DNA of 64,000 nucleotides from Antedon mediterranea. Taxonomy: Eukaryota; Animalia; Echinodermata. Of this stretch, positions 48,899-62,006 are shown piece after piece. The translations under genes and the position numbers were made by a program. Each line of letters starts with the position of its first letter. The first letter of the stretch is position 1. The notes under the pieces are model-generated. The model was not told the DNA's origin, made no database searches, and was given only the letters and a program-made list of their open reading frames with translations. The DNA lies in contig NC_092677.1 of the NCBI RefSeq assembly GCF_964355755.1, forward strand, positions 28,197,175 through 28,261,174. Reading direction: 5' to 3'.

Positions 48899-51119
48899 AG
48901 AAGCTCCAAATAGTTGAATATAAATAGGAATTTGTTAAATTGATATTTTGGTTCTTTTTTTGTTCAATTATGTAAAGATAGATCATAGAAATAGTTGGAA
49001 GAGAAGAAAATAATTTATCTACTTGAACTTTAGTGAGTATCAGGGACAACTTTTCTACTGGTATCTGATTCAATACAGATACAGACAAACTGTTTATCAA
49101 TACATGTCAGTCTATATTAAACACAGTAAAGTTGAATAGCATATTCATAAACTGATGCACCCTGGCAGAGATAACTCTAACTGTCATACTGATAAACAAT
49201 TATTTCTTTGGCTTGTTTAAGCGCAGGCTCACTTCATTGTGCCGTACTCTATCTACAATTGAATCTGTGTTTCTAAACATAATATTAAAATATATTTTTA
49301 AGATAATGGCCTAGAAAGACAATCTATGAAAAGCAATAACCTTGCTCTGACCATTGTTAACTAAGCATTGTAATCTAATGTTTTTCAAACGTTATCAGAA
49401 CCAATCATGTCATCAGCAATGAATTACCTCAGGCAAACATTACAGTATATGTGTATATGTCAATAGTATTTACTGAGTTTGGGGGAGGATTTTTTTGTGG
49501 GTTTAATGTAAAATCTATAATTTTCGCAAACTTTTTACACCCAAAAAACTTTTACAGCAATTTCAATAATTGTTTACATAAATTGTCTCCTTTATTGTTC
49601 TGATTGTGATCTAATCAATATTAAGTGGTTTGTGCAGAGTTTTTGCACAAGGTTTTGGCAGTTTCCCTGTTTTTTTATTTCCAGTCTACACTTCCCAGCA
49701 TTATTTCTACCCAACTTTTTAAAAATCCATTTTTTATTAATATCAGTATACATATAGATTAGTATATGTTTGATAGAAAATTGAATATAAACCTATATTG
49801 CTGGTACAGACATACAGTATACAATCTATGTAATTGTATTTACAGTTTAAATTGCATCAAAAAATACCTAAAATAATAAAGATGAAAGTATACTGTATCA
49901 AGTACAATTTCCATGCATTTTAATCATAAAACTGTTTTAATTAGTTAACAGTAGACAATTAATTAGCAAAACAAAAATGAATAGTAATGTACAATGCATC
50001 AATATTTATATTACATACAGTTTGAAAAAACAAAGTGAAAATTACCTTCCTGACTGATAAGAATACCACTATCTTGATATGTACAGTAGGTCCTCTAGAA
50101 ATATTGTCCAATTGTTTTCGTTGTTGTCATGAAGGCCGGTGAACTGAAATATAGACATACAAACTAAGAAACTGTGGATGAAGTTATCATGATTAGAGGT
50201 TGGCGGGCAGTGAAGTGGAGGTTCATATTTCCTGGCCGATAGTATTAAGTATGCATTAACTTTGTGCCTCTATCTCATCACGTTATCACAAATTCAGCAG
50301 ATTTCCTGAAATGCCTATGAGCAACAATCAACTGAAGGTGGGAAATACTTAAGCTTTCACAAACAATGTCACAAAAATTAACGCTAAGACTTGCTCGTTT
50401 GTTCCTTCCTCCAATCATTTCCACCCATTCCGAATTCAATTTATAGTCCCATCATACCATACAATCGTATTATTTGACTGTTTCCAATAAACTAGGTTAA
50501 AACAACGGTAATATAGATAAATGTACATGTCTACAAATTACTATCTTACTTGAGTTCTTAATAAAATAACTTAATATTTAGAATTGTAACATTTTGATAA
50601 TAGCTCACTTCACATGTACAGTATTTGAAGCACGATGAGAAGTGTTATTACAGTACATTAAGAAAAGAAGAAGAACTTCAAATCACATTACCGTAAATTG
50701 ATTTACGTGAGTGAAAGTAATATTGAAGTTCTTATTTTTTCCGAAGAAATAAATTCTTATTTATTAACTTAGTTTATTTGTTAATTAACAAGTTATGCGT
50801 GGAAGATCGTCTCTTAGTAAAAACAAAAAAATTAAAATATTAATTGTAACTTGATTATTTTAAAACCTACCTTAAATATACGATAATTTACAGTTTTGCT
50901 GCTCTTCGTAGCGGTATGACAAAAATATATGTTATTAACGCATTTAATGTTTTTAGCACAACTTTTATTTGGTGAGAAAGAATAACTGTCTTGAATTATT
51001 AGTTTGAGTGATGGAGACTGTCAGTTAGGCCTACATCAACGCCCGATTAATCAATTCCATTTCACCAAAAATGCTGTTTATTCCAATCTAAACCAACTCA
51101 TCACAAGCCAACATTCTTG

Positions 51120-51434
51120 AGATAAAATTGTTTATGATAATGAAAGTTTATCCACTCCTTGTACATCTTGAGATGTTGGTTGGCAGATGCATGTATGATA
51201 AGAGCTTTATTAGACTAGTTTATCATTGGGTGGTCGTAATAGAATACATCGCAAAAGATCATCTTTTGAAGAAAACCTACTCTATTATCTAATGTCTGCT
51301 TATCAATGCTTAAGCAAAACAAGCACATAGCACTGACATACTTTCATTTTTTTCACTTTAAAAACATTTTGTTAATTTGGAACTTTTTAAAAATAAAATT
51401 TTTTTTTTAATCCAACATTGATAAACATTTATCA
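51120..51434. promoter_or_regulatory. Cluster of WGATAR motifs upstream of the FOG coding exons (candidate GATA-responsive enhancer)
   Basis: Eight WGATAR/YTATCW sites in ~315 bp (51120, 51135, 51196, 51220, 51285, 51300, ~51419, ~51429). Confidence 0.4.
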
Positions 51435-52996
51435 AAGAGGTTTTTCAACATGTTTACTTTTTTTACCTCAAGTTATTATTTCTAAAAATTGGTTTTGTGT
51501 CTTGTCAATTTAGCTTGCTGCCCTCTATAGTTCAACAAAAGTTGGTACATTTACAGGGAAACATTAACACATTAATGTTTTCAATAATTAGCTATAAAAG
51601 TGATGAGAAAGATCATTCATTACTGACTAAGCAGATTAATCTCTTACTTTAAAATATTACAATTCAAAGTTTTTAGTCTTGTAGGAAACTATATGAGACA
51701 TACTTGTCATGCCACTATGCAATATAGACTAAAAAATAAAATTTATTATTATTTGTGATTCCGGGTTTGATTTCCATCCTTTCATATATTTATCAGTATC
51801 TTCTTGAATGAGTATAAATTGGTAATGGGTTAACAATTATGGAAAACCCCTACTCTAAACCGAAACATTTTAATGTTAAAAATGAATGTATTATTGCGTT
51901 TAAACTCATTGTGCCAAAACGGCAACTTCCTCTCAAGCTGCAAGTGTGTCTCCTTTCCCTCCCCTGATATCAATCAACCAGTTACAATCTTTTACACATC
52001 TTAACGACAAGGGAAGTTGTGAAAATGCTAGATTGTCTATAATTAAATCAAGATTACTAACTGTAATGTATTCCATAACGGCGTCTCTAAAATTAGTAAA
52101 AAGGCTCTGTGTACAAATACAAATTGTTAATAATAGTTTAGTTCAGGCCCATCACCATATCGACATTTTTTGATTCCAGTCTTTTTTCTGTTGTTATAGT
52201 TTTGAATTTGTTTAATTTGTCTTGTGTTAACCATGCTGTGTGTGACATATTTGTTTCTGCTGTATTTTTTTGGCTTTAAAAATAGAATGAAAATGAAATT
52301 GGTGAAAGGGGCGGTGAGGTGGTGAAAGGGGCGGCGGCGGTGGGGTGGTTGTGTAATTCTGTATGGGAAAGATTTATACTTTTATACAAATAGAGCTGGT
52401 GGCATTTCCCACTTTATTTAAATTGTTTTGTTTGATGTGAGCCTATGAATGAGTGTTTTACTTAAAATAACTTTTAAACAATTCTGGTTTTACAATAAAC
52501 TTACTGTAGATGATAATTTATGTAAGAACCACTGATTTACCGCAAAGAGTCTACCATAAGTGTTTGTAATTAAATAAAAAACTGTACTAAAAGACGAACT
52601 ATTATTTTTTTTATGTTTGAGAGGCCTACACAATGCTATAAAACAATGCTAAAGTCACAATAACACCTGAACTAGCAAATAAAATGGCACAAATCAGTTG
52701 ATAAATAATTTCCTTTTACGTTTCTTTCTGGTCTCCATAGAGACTTGTCACATGTGCTGTTGCCGTGGTACCTGTAGTATCACATCTATACTGACATTAT
52801 CAGTTGCAATTTCTTCAGAAACTTATGCAAATTGAGATAAACTTTGTTGATAGTAATTCTGTCTTGAGCATTTCCTGTTTATGATCATAAACTTAAAAGT
52901 CATAATGAGCTGGCAAACTAATTTCCCATAAAACACAGAATGCCAATAATTTAGTAATAATATATTTTATTGAATGTAATTGTTACATTTATATAG

Positions 52997-53778
52997 TCAC
53001 TTTTTTGACAACTGCTATCTAGTCTATGATTAAGCCATGATCATCATGTAGCCACTTTTGACAACTGCTATCTAGTCTATGATTAAGCCATGATCATCAT
53101 GTAGCCATTTTTGACAACTGCTATCTAGTCTATGATTAAGCCATGATCATCATGTAGCCACTTTTGACATCTGCTATCTATAATCTAGTCTATAATTAAG
53201 CCATGATCATCATGTAACCACTTTTGACAACTTCTATCTAAGTCTATGATTAAGCCATGATCATGTAGCCACTTTTGACAACTGCTATCTAGTCTATGAT
53301 TAAGCCATGATCATCATGTAGCCACTTTTGACAACTGCTATCTAGTCTATGATTAAGCCATGATCATCATGTAGCCACTTTTGACATCTGCTATCTAGTC
53401 TATGATTAAGCCATGATCATCATGTAGCCACTTTTGACATCTGCTATCTAGTCTATAATTAAGCCACAATCATCATGTAGCCACTTTTGACAACTGCTAT
53501 CTAGTCTATAATTAAGCCATGATCATCATGTAGCCACTTTTGACAACTGCTATCTAGTCTATGATTAAGCCATGATCATCATGTAACCACTTTTGACAAC
53601 TGCTATCTAGTCTATGATTAAGCCATGATCATGTAACCACTTTTGACAACTGCTATCTAGTCTATGATTAAGCCATGATCATCATGTAACCCTTTTTGAC
53701 AACTGCTATCTAGTCTATGATTAAGCCATGATCATCATGTAGTCAATTTTGACATCTGCTAACTAGTCTATGATTAAG
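52997..53778. repeat. 53-bp minisatellite x ~15
   Basis: Unit CACTTTTGACAACTGCTATCTAGTCTATGATTAAGCCATGATCATCATGTAGC. Confidence 0.95.
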
Positions 53779-54624
53779 TCAGGATTAAGAATTCCATCCA
53801 AGTACAGTCCCCATTGAAATGCTACAAACAAGGTATGATAAAAAAAACTATAAAAAAAAAAATTATTTTAATGTATATATTTTCATACCTTTATACAATA
53901 ATTATGGAAAAATTGTATAATTTTAAGTAGGTACTAACATATCACAATGATATCTAGGCCTATGGTGAAATACATAATTCCATGCAAAGTAACCACGTTT
54001 TAATGAAATATTTTCTTTTAATAACACAGTTGTCTATGAACTTTCTCAATGTAGGGAGGGGTGTTTAAGAGGAAAGAATGTAGATGTAGCATAAACCAAG
54101 TACTTTCACTTCATCAGATAATCCACAGCAAGATATGATCTAGACTTGGGCTTAGGGAAATCCACAAGATGTCATCTAGACTTGGGATCAATAATTTTGC
54201 GATGTCATCATCAATAATGAAAAAAAAATATGATAAATTTTGAGCCTAGGTTTTTGTGTAAATTAAATTTTAAACTGGTGTTTGATAATTTCATTGTTGT
54301 TGTTTATGCTGGGTATTTGTAATTTAAGGTTACAGTAATATTTACTTTCTTACATGTAAATCATATAAATAAATGTGAAGTGATACAATAAAAACTTTTA
54401 TAAAGAAAACATTTTTTGCTTACTATAAAAGTACTGTAAAAGATTTTTGAGCGTGAGCATAATATATATTTGAATATTTCCAGTTTTTTTTTTATTACAA
54501 TCTATTACTGGCAGTCTGTGATTGCTTTTTTACAAATGTTTTTGTATATCATATTTGTTCTTTTTTTTCTGTATACTCACAGCTTTATACTTTATTTGTT
54601 CATAAAATTATATATTTATTTTAG

Positions 54625-54752
54625 TTAAGATCATGGGACTGCTGACTCTTGTAGTTACAGTAATCATATTACTTTAGCAGTCCCTGACCAATTCATCTTT
54701 GTACATTTTATTTTTATGTTTTGTTGGTCAAATAAATAAATGAAATGAAAAA
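54625..54752 (+). mobile_element. Probable LINE 3' UTR tail fragment
   Basis: Stem-loop GGGACTGCT...AGCAGTCCC followed by AAATAAATAAATGAAATGAAA tail. Confidence 0.4.
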
Positions 54753-54916
54753 AGCTAATTTAAAATATAACATTCATACTTTAACTAGAAACAAACTGGT
54801 AAAATTACCTTAATAAAAAACCGAGAATCCAGAAGAAAGTCGACGATAGAATTGCAGCTTGATACCCACACGCTATTTTTCCTCGTGATTGAATAAGAAC
54901 TGAGATACAGAGTTGA

Positions 54917-55215
54917 AGATAGGTGTCTGCAACTGATAAGTTGCTTAGTTCAAATGCTTATCATGTTTTTATCAGCTATGCCTCCAATAAACAATTTACT
55001 TCTACCTGATTCTAATCACACATATAATTGAGTAGCCAATCAAATTGCTTGATGTTATCAGTAAGTACCTTATCTTAGTTCTACCATCTGCCCAAGACAA
55101 AGATCTTTACTGATAACTGATTTCTATTTCAAAGTCCAGCTTGTGTACATAGCTGATAAAATCTACTCATTTGCTTTTTACCAATATTCTTTGGTTATGA
55201 TTTGCATTTTTATCA
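54917..55215. promoter_or_regulatory. Cluster of WGATAR motifs (candidate GATA-responsive enhancer of FOG)
   Basis: Nine sites in ~300 bp (54917, 54934, 54958, 54969, 55055, 55070, 55111, 55154, 55210). Confidence 0.45.
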
Positions 55216-58200
55216 AAATAGATATTTTTTTAATTTAATGCGGTAAACAAATTCATAGAAATATTTTATATTATACCTCAGGTCTTCTCAAAAACTTTTA
55301 AAATTGTCTACTGCTTCTCCTTCCGGAGTTATTTTTAAAATAAACAAATTATGTTAAGAAATTAAATTTGTTTTCTTTAATGAATTTTGTAAATTCCATG
55401 ACATTAATGTTGTAGAGTATGTGAAGTATTATGTTCTATCAGATATGCATCATTGATTTGATTCATTAATGTGCTTGCCTCTGAGCTTTTTTGTTTCTGT
55501 GTTGATTTCATGTTTTTTTGTAATCATTAAATGTTAATTTTCTTGGCAATAAAAGAATAAGAATTGTTATTTTACCAATTGCTAGTGCTACAGTATAAAA
55601 TGAGTGGGTAGATAATTACCAAAGGATGCACTGTAAAGAAACAAGGATGTCAAACAATAGGCAGGAAGTTAAATAATGTAATTGCTCAGATAAGCAATCT
55701 ATAAATGGAAGAAGGTGTATTAAAAGCTTGGGTGTTGTCTTTGGCAGCTTGGGTGTCTTTTAATTACAACTCCTTGGTTCAACCCAAGGAATTAAAATAA
55801 ATAAGCTCTAGTAAATGTATAATATAATACTCTTACTTAACAATAATAAAGTTTCTAAATTTGAAAGGTTATTTTTAATATTAATATACAAAATGTCTTT
55901 ACACTGAGAAAAAAGTTGTTGTTACCCGAAAGCTCTGAAAAATGTCTATCTGGCTTACTAACTTTATCATTTTGATTTAGCTTATTTTATTTTTATTTCC
56001 GGGTCCAGCCACTGATACCCACAGCATTGTTATTAATACTTTGACTTTTGATTTTATATTGTTACCATTTTGAAATAATTGTCTTTAACTAAATCAATAC
56101 AATTTATTGTTATTATGTCTTTTGTATTCCTTGGTCATTAAGAATTAAGTAATGCAGTACTTTTTTAATATTTTAAAAAGTCCTAAAAATTTTACATTTC
56201 TATTTTTACTTAAAATTTATATTGACAACTTATTTTTGATTAAAGTAAAATGTTCTTATTGTTAGAATTTTGAAATACTAACTAATTTGAACTAGTTAAT
56301 GTACAGTATTGTTATTCCTTGAAGCACTGGATTAACAATGCAGTGCTTTTTTTTTATGTTTCTCCTTTTTTTTTTAATCACAGACCATAACATAATCATT
56401 TGTTTAAATTTAAATTTTTAAGTATAATTTTTTGTAATATGAATATAACACAGCGTTTTACTTTAATCAATTATAATTGATATGTGGCAATATATCAATC
56501 CTTGTGGATTGTGTCATAATTTTCCTTAAAAACTAATATTAAAAAAGACAAAATATGTACTTACATTTCACATCTAATAAACATCAAAGTCCCAATCAAG
56601 TTTCTGAATGTCTATACAAAATAAAGAGAATTACAGTATGGCCACTTTTCACAAAGTTTACTCGGCATCAGGCCTTGTCAAGGCAATTTTGTGATACATC
56701 TACCTTGTTAACGACGATTCCGCTTCAATTTGTGTGGCAGGGAGTGATAAGTTAGCCTTTTTTTCAAATGACAGTTTAGTACCAGACAATACTTATAGCC
56801 AAAACAGAGGGAGGGGTATTTTTTATCCCAAAAAGTGTGTTATTGGTTGAAGCTAGATCCATAAACTGTTGTACTGTGACCACCATGTGATCACACCAAC
56901 AACCAGGACTAAGTTTTAAACGATACGTGACAACGTACAGTATTATAATTACCAAATTCATCCTGTCGAAAATTTAGGCTTACTATTTAAAATAATATTT
57001 ATTACTGCAATGTTTTGCATTACTAATGACAACTTATTATAATAACTATTAATTAGTACTAATTAGTGACAAAAATGACAACCATCTGCCTATAAATAGA
57101 CAAAAATTCTTAATTCCAATAACAAAATATTTAGGTGGTAAGTAAACCATGGAGGTATAAAATTTATTTTAATTAAACTACATAGATATTAAAAAGTTGT
57201 AAAGTTAATTAGGTAGTATTAATGATTAGTTTGAATGAAGTAAATGTGTTTCTTTACCTTTAAATGTTGCTAACTGTTGCTTTGTCTAACTCCTTCTTAG
57301 GTTTGTTTGTTGTGAAACTGTCCAGGATGGAAGTAAGCGAAAGATTGGAATTAGAACGGCTTAAACAGAGAAAAAGAAATTTAAACAACAGATTATCACA
57401 TGAAAAATGATTTTCTTGTTTATTTAGTGTTTATCAGCAAACACAGTTAAATTAAATCATCAACGAGAATCATGTAGTTTTGTAGCTCCCTCTCTAGACT
57501 AAATTTAGAATATTTGTGTCTGAAAGATCTGGGTTCATTAGCGACACTACGGTGCAAGAAATCAGCCAATTCACACACAATCAACAGACACTCTAAGCTT
57601 TAAGGAACTTTATCAGACTACAGTTCTAGGGGAATTAAAACTTAGGCACTGATGTAAATTGCGATAACGAGAGGAGGAGGACAAACAACGCACTCTTAAT
57701 TCCCAGAAGATGAGCAAGTATGTAGTCTGGTTGGCACTGACAAGATGCCTACAAAATGCTGATTAACTAATGTATGGTATATTTACATATACATCAGGTA
57801 TTCACAACATAAATAACATACAAAACAATTTACATTTAAATGCAGATACCTTAAGGATTTGTCAGGTAACATACACAACTTAGAACATAGTTATATTAAT
57901 CATGCCAATAGTACACCTAGAAATATTTAACGTTTTAATTATTTTAATGAAAACACCTTTGTTAAAGTATTTACATTTTAACATTTAAAAAATGTTTTCC
58001 CCTTATTTGAATGATCAATATACAGGGGTACACACTACCCACCCTGCTTTGGCTAGAATGAAATTATGAACTACTTTTGATATCAATTTTTGACAAATCC
58101 TGGATCTGTCTATGATACAGTATACCTGTATGTTTTTTATTTTTTATTTTTAGAGTACACTGTTGCCTTTGTTATAAATTTACATCTAGTTTATTTATCT

Positions 58201-61035
58201 TTCAACTAGTATACCAGGGAGTAGTGGTCAAATACAGATCTGAAATAGTATGACAGGTATTTAGTTAGTTACCACTACCTTAAGTATAAACACAAAACTA
58301 CTCTACCGTATCATTTATTGTAGTTGATATTTGGGCCTAATTTGAATTATAATTAATAATAGCAACTATATGCATATTGGATACACTAGAATTTAATACA
58401 TTTATGTAATATTAACAATAATAATATATTGGTCAATAGGAAGTTATTTAATTATATTGCTTTTATTAAGACCTTGAATTATTTAAGAACATGCAACAGC
58501 TGAAAATGGATGAGGTTTATCAATTTGATTAATATGACCAAAAGAAAATTCCCTAAATTTTCAAAACAAATTTAAATCCTACCACCTTTCTTTGGTAAAG
58601 CACCTAAACTGACAAAAACAATGTGTTGGGTTTTTCTTTTTGCTTTGAGAACACTCAAAATGGATTGTCACATTTTATTATATTCACTGATAGTGATATA
58701 GGCTGATTACCAGATACAAATACTGTGTTCTCCATTATTATAGACAAATTTATTTTCTTCATGTAATGGAAACTTGTTTTTATTTTAGTTGATATGCACT
58801 CATTTCCCATTCATTTTGTAAATGCATCGAGTGTCTAATCATAGATGTGTATCTGCAATAAATATAAACGTTATTTTAAGAGCCTTTGACCGACTACTAA
58901 GTGCAAGACTTCCTTATTAGGGATATTCAAATTTCCCGTTGAAAGGAAGGGAGTGAATGGGTTAGGAAATGGTAAGAAATTTGATAGCAAAACTTGTGCT
59001 ATATCAAGATAACTAAGTTAGTATCAGATTAGATGGCGAGTTAGTTGTCATTCCTTGTTGATCTGATTCCACATCCAACCAAAATCAACATGGGTTATTT
59101 GTATGTTTGTGAGATTACTAGCTGCACTTCCGTACCTGGAAACAAGTGTCGCGTAATGCGGCATCTGATGGCGAGGAAATCAAAACATGAGCCGCCCATC
59201 GCTGAAATGAAACTGTATTGTAATTGAATATTAATCTGTTGATGAATAAGCATATTTATATAGTGGACGTGAAGTATGATATTTACAAATATCATACTGT
59301 ATGTAAATTGTAATTATATTTCATTTTATTATGTGTAATATGGTAACACTAACAGTACTGAATTGCTCAGTCACATGATTGCGTGCATGATTGTGAAAAC
59401 TATTTTTAATAACAATGTATGGATCTTCATCTTGTTGTGTCACTGACCAATCATTTGCCACCACTTTTCACAGTGTTTGGTTTTATGGTAATTTTTGATA
59501 GTGTAAATATTTTGTGGTGGCCCAGCAAACAAGTTTTCCACGAATCTGACTTTTTACAAAAACAAACATCAGTAAGTGAAAATGTTGGGGTTTTAATTAA
59601 ATTTTATAAATAATAAATAAAAGTCTACATTCTCACTCATCCTATATTTAGTCCTAGGTATAATTAGTAAAAAGCAGGGAAGGGTGAAAGTACATTAATT
59701 TCACTCTTCCTTGGTAAAATGGTGAGAATGGGGTATTTATTACAACCATTTTATTTTTTTACATATACTATACATCCTTGGTTATCCTTGGCAATTTGCC
59801 TAAATATATAAAATAAATAAATAAAATAAAAAATAAATAAATAAACATCCACTTTTCATTATTAATTTTATTATAACATAAATTATACTTTATACATATA
59901 CAACTTTATACTATTACATGTATATACTTACAATTTATGCTAAAAAGGAAAACAATTGTCATTGTCACAAAAACATGCATAGACCAAAAGAACCAAAGCG
60001 ATAAATAAAGGACAAAACTGAAACTGTCAAAACAACGATATCTGTATAAAACAAAATTATGTTGCGTTTCATCACACGTCCGTATAGATGCGGACGTCGT
60101 AAATGTGTGTAGAGACACGTCCGTACAACTGTATGTGTAATGCATTTATTTTGGCGCGAATGTTGCTGCCAGATTTCGTTTCATGTTTTGTTTATGGAAC
60201 GTAATACTGTATACGTATTTGCATCGCCTGCCTCCCTTGATGGTTACCATTGCAAAACAGTACATGATAAATTCAGTTTAAAAGTATTTTTTCTTCCAAA
60301 TAAAAAGAAATAAAGTTCGCATCGGACCCATTTTATTCTAACATTTTAAATTAGTAACGCGTTACACTTCACAGATGACGCGAATTGCTCCGTTTGGCAT
60401 TGTGGAGCAGCAAAATACTGTTTTCCTCGGCGGCTACACGTAGGCCTCTAGGCTAGTCCAAGTAAACATTTTTTTTGTTTGTTTCTGCACAAAACGCATT
60501 CGTACTAAATGAGAGAATAATTTTGTAAACGATGCAGCTGCTGATATAAATTTTGTAAATCATTTCATTCAGTGAATAACACACATGGTTGAATGTTAAA
60601 GTAGGAGGCTAGGCTAGGCCCCATCTTTATTTACCTAAAGTAGTTAAGTAAACTAGGAATCTAGTGGGCGGGGGGTACAGCAGTAGTAGGGCAAGCTAGG
60701 CCCTCTCTATCTAGATTTGGCGTACTCTAATGTAGAGCAGTTTTTTACCCAGGTTGCAGCTACTTGCTGTGTGATGTTTAGACGTCCCACGTTTTGGCCG
60801 ACCAATTGAGATTGTTCATTTTTTTATAATTTATATCCATTTCTGTGCATAGGCTAGTTAGTAGGCATAATTTATAAATCAACATTACATTTTTTTATTT
60901 TATATAATGTAAATTAATATCCATGTTTGTTGTTTCTATATTATAAATTAGTTATTTAGTGTCTTGTGTCTTGTTATTTAGTGTCTTGTTTTTTAGTGTC
61001 TTGTGTCTTGTTATTTAGTGTCTTGTTTTTTTCAG

Positions 61036-61095
61036 GCGTTCTTACTTTGTCTTTAGTGACCCCGTTGGAAGTTAATAACTACAAGGTAAATCAAG
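61036..61095 (+). CDS. ZNF341: ZNF341-like gene, probable early coding exon
   Basis: Strong acceptor TTTTTTTCAG|. Open with phase 1-1 (VLTLSLVTPLEVNNYKVNQ) if the second donor CAAG|GTAAAC (61095) is used. The ATG-bearing exon was not identified. Confidence 0.5.
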
Positions 61096-61545
61096 GTAAA
61101 CAGTAGTAAACGCTGCTGCTGTAGTACATGCGTTGGAATGGATTCAGACAATTCTTCAGGTGGGATCGCTTATCTTTAATAACCCATATTATTATTAGTG
61201 GGATTTTAATTAAAATTTGATAACAGGTTTTTTTTTTCTCTTTTGTGGCGTAAACACCACTTTCATGTCACTACCATAAAATCATATTATTTTTAGTATT
61301 ATCACATTTTTGTTAATTTCTAATGTCAACAATTTGATCGACTTCATCAGTAACATTTTTAAATCTTTGTAAATTACTTTGTATTCCATAGTACCTCCTT
61401 TTTTCATTCATTTTCTTATAAATGATAAATCTTACAAAAGCATATTCAAGACTCATATTTTGTTTTCTCTGAACTATTTTTTCAAAAATCATTTTTTAGC
61501 TAAAAATATATTTGAATTGCTAACAACAATAATCTTTCATTTCAG

Positions 61546-61692
61546 GTGAAGACGTTTATGAATGTGGAAGGTGTCAAGAAAGGTTTTTGAACTATGATTT
61601 ATTTAAAAATCACAAGAAAAATAGAGTATGTAAAAATAAACAAAGAAATAAATCAGATGAAGAGGCAGTTGACAATCTGAATGAACCAACAG
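61546..61692 (+). CDS. ZNF341: ZNF341-like gene, exon with N-terminal CCHC finger
   Basis: TTTCAG|...ACAG|GTTTGT, phase 1-1. EDVYECGRCQERFLNYDLFKNHKKNRVC parallels the ZNF341 EDVFxCGKCKKQF...HK...C finger. Confidence 0.8.
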
Positions 61693-62006
61693 GTTTGTGA
61701 GCTGTCATGAATCTATTTTTTTTTTCATACGCATCCAACAGCGACAACAAATTCGCAAATTACAGGATCTGGATAAACCATTTTATGATTTATCATGCTT
61801 ATAAACTAAGTCTCATATGAGGCTAAGCTTAGTGAATGGAGTTGAAAGAGTCGATGAGATACAACCCTGGCACTACCTGTAGGTCAGGGTTCAACCGTGG
61901 ACCTTGAGGCTAGCATGTTAACCACCACTAAATCTACAGCTCCACTCCATAGTTATACACATTATTTCAAGTCATTCTCATAAATATACATCATTTTTCT
62001 TTGTAG

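Noticed and set aside
50046-50143. AG/GT-bounded segment as a FOG coding exon
   Set aside because: Stops in all three frames; at most a UTR or poison exon. The same applies to 57258-57359.
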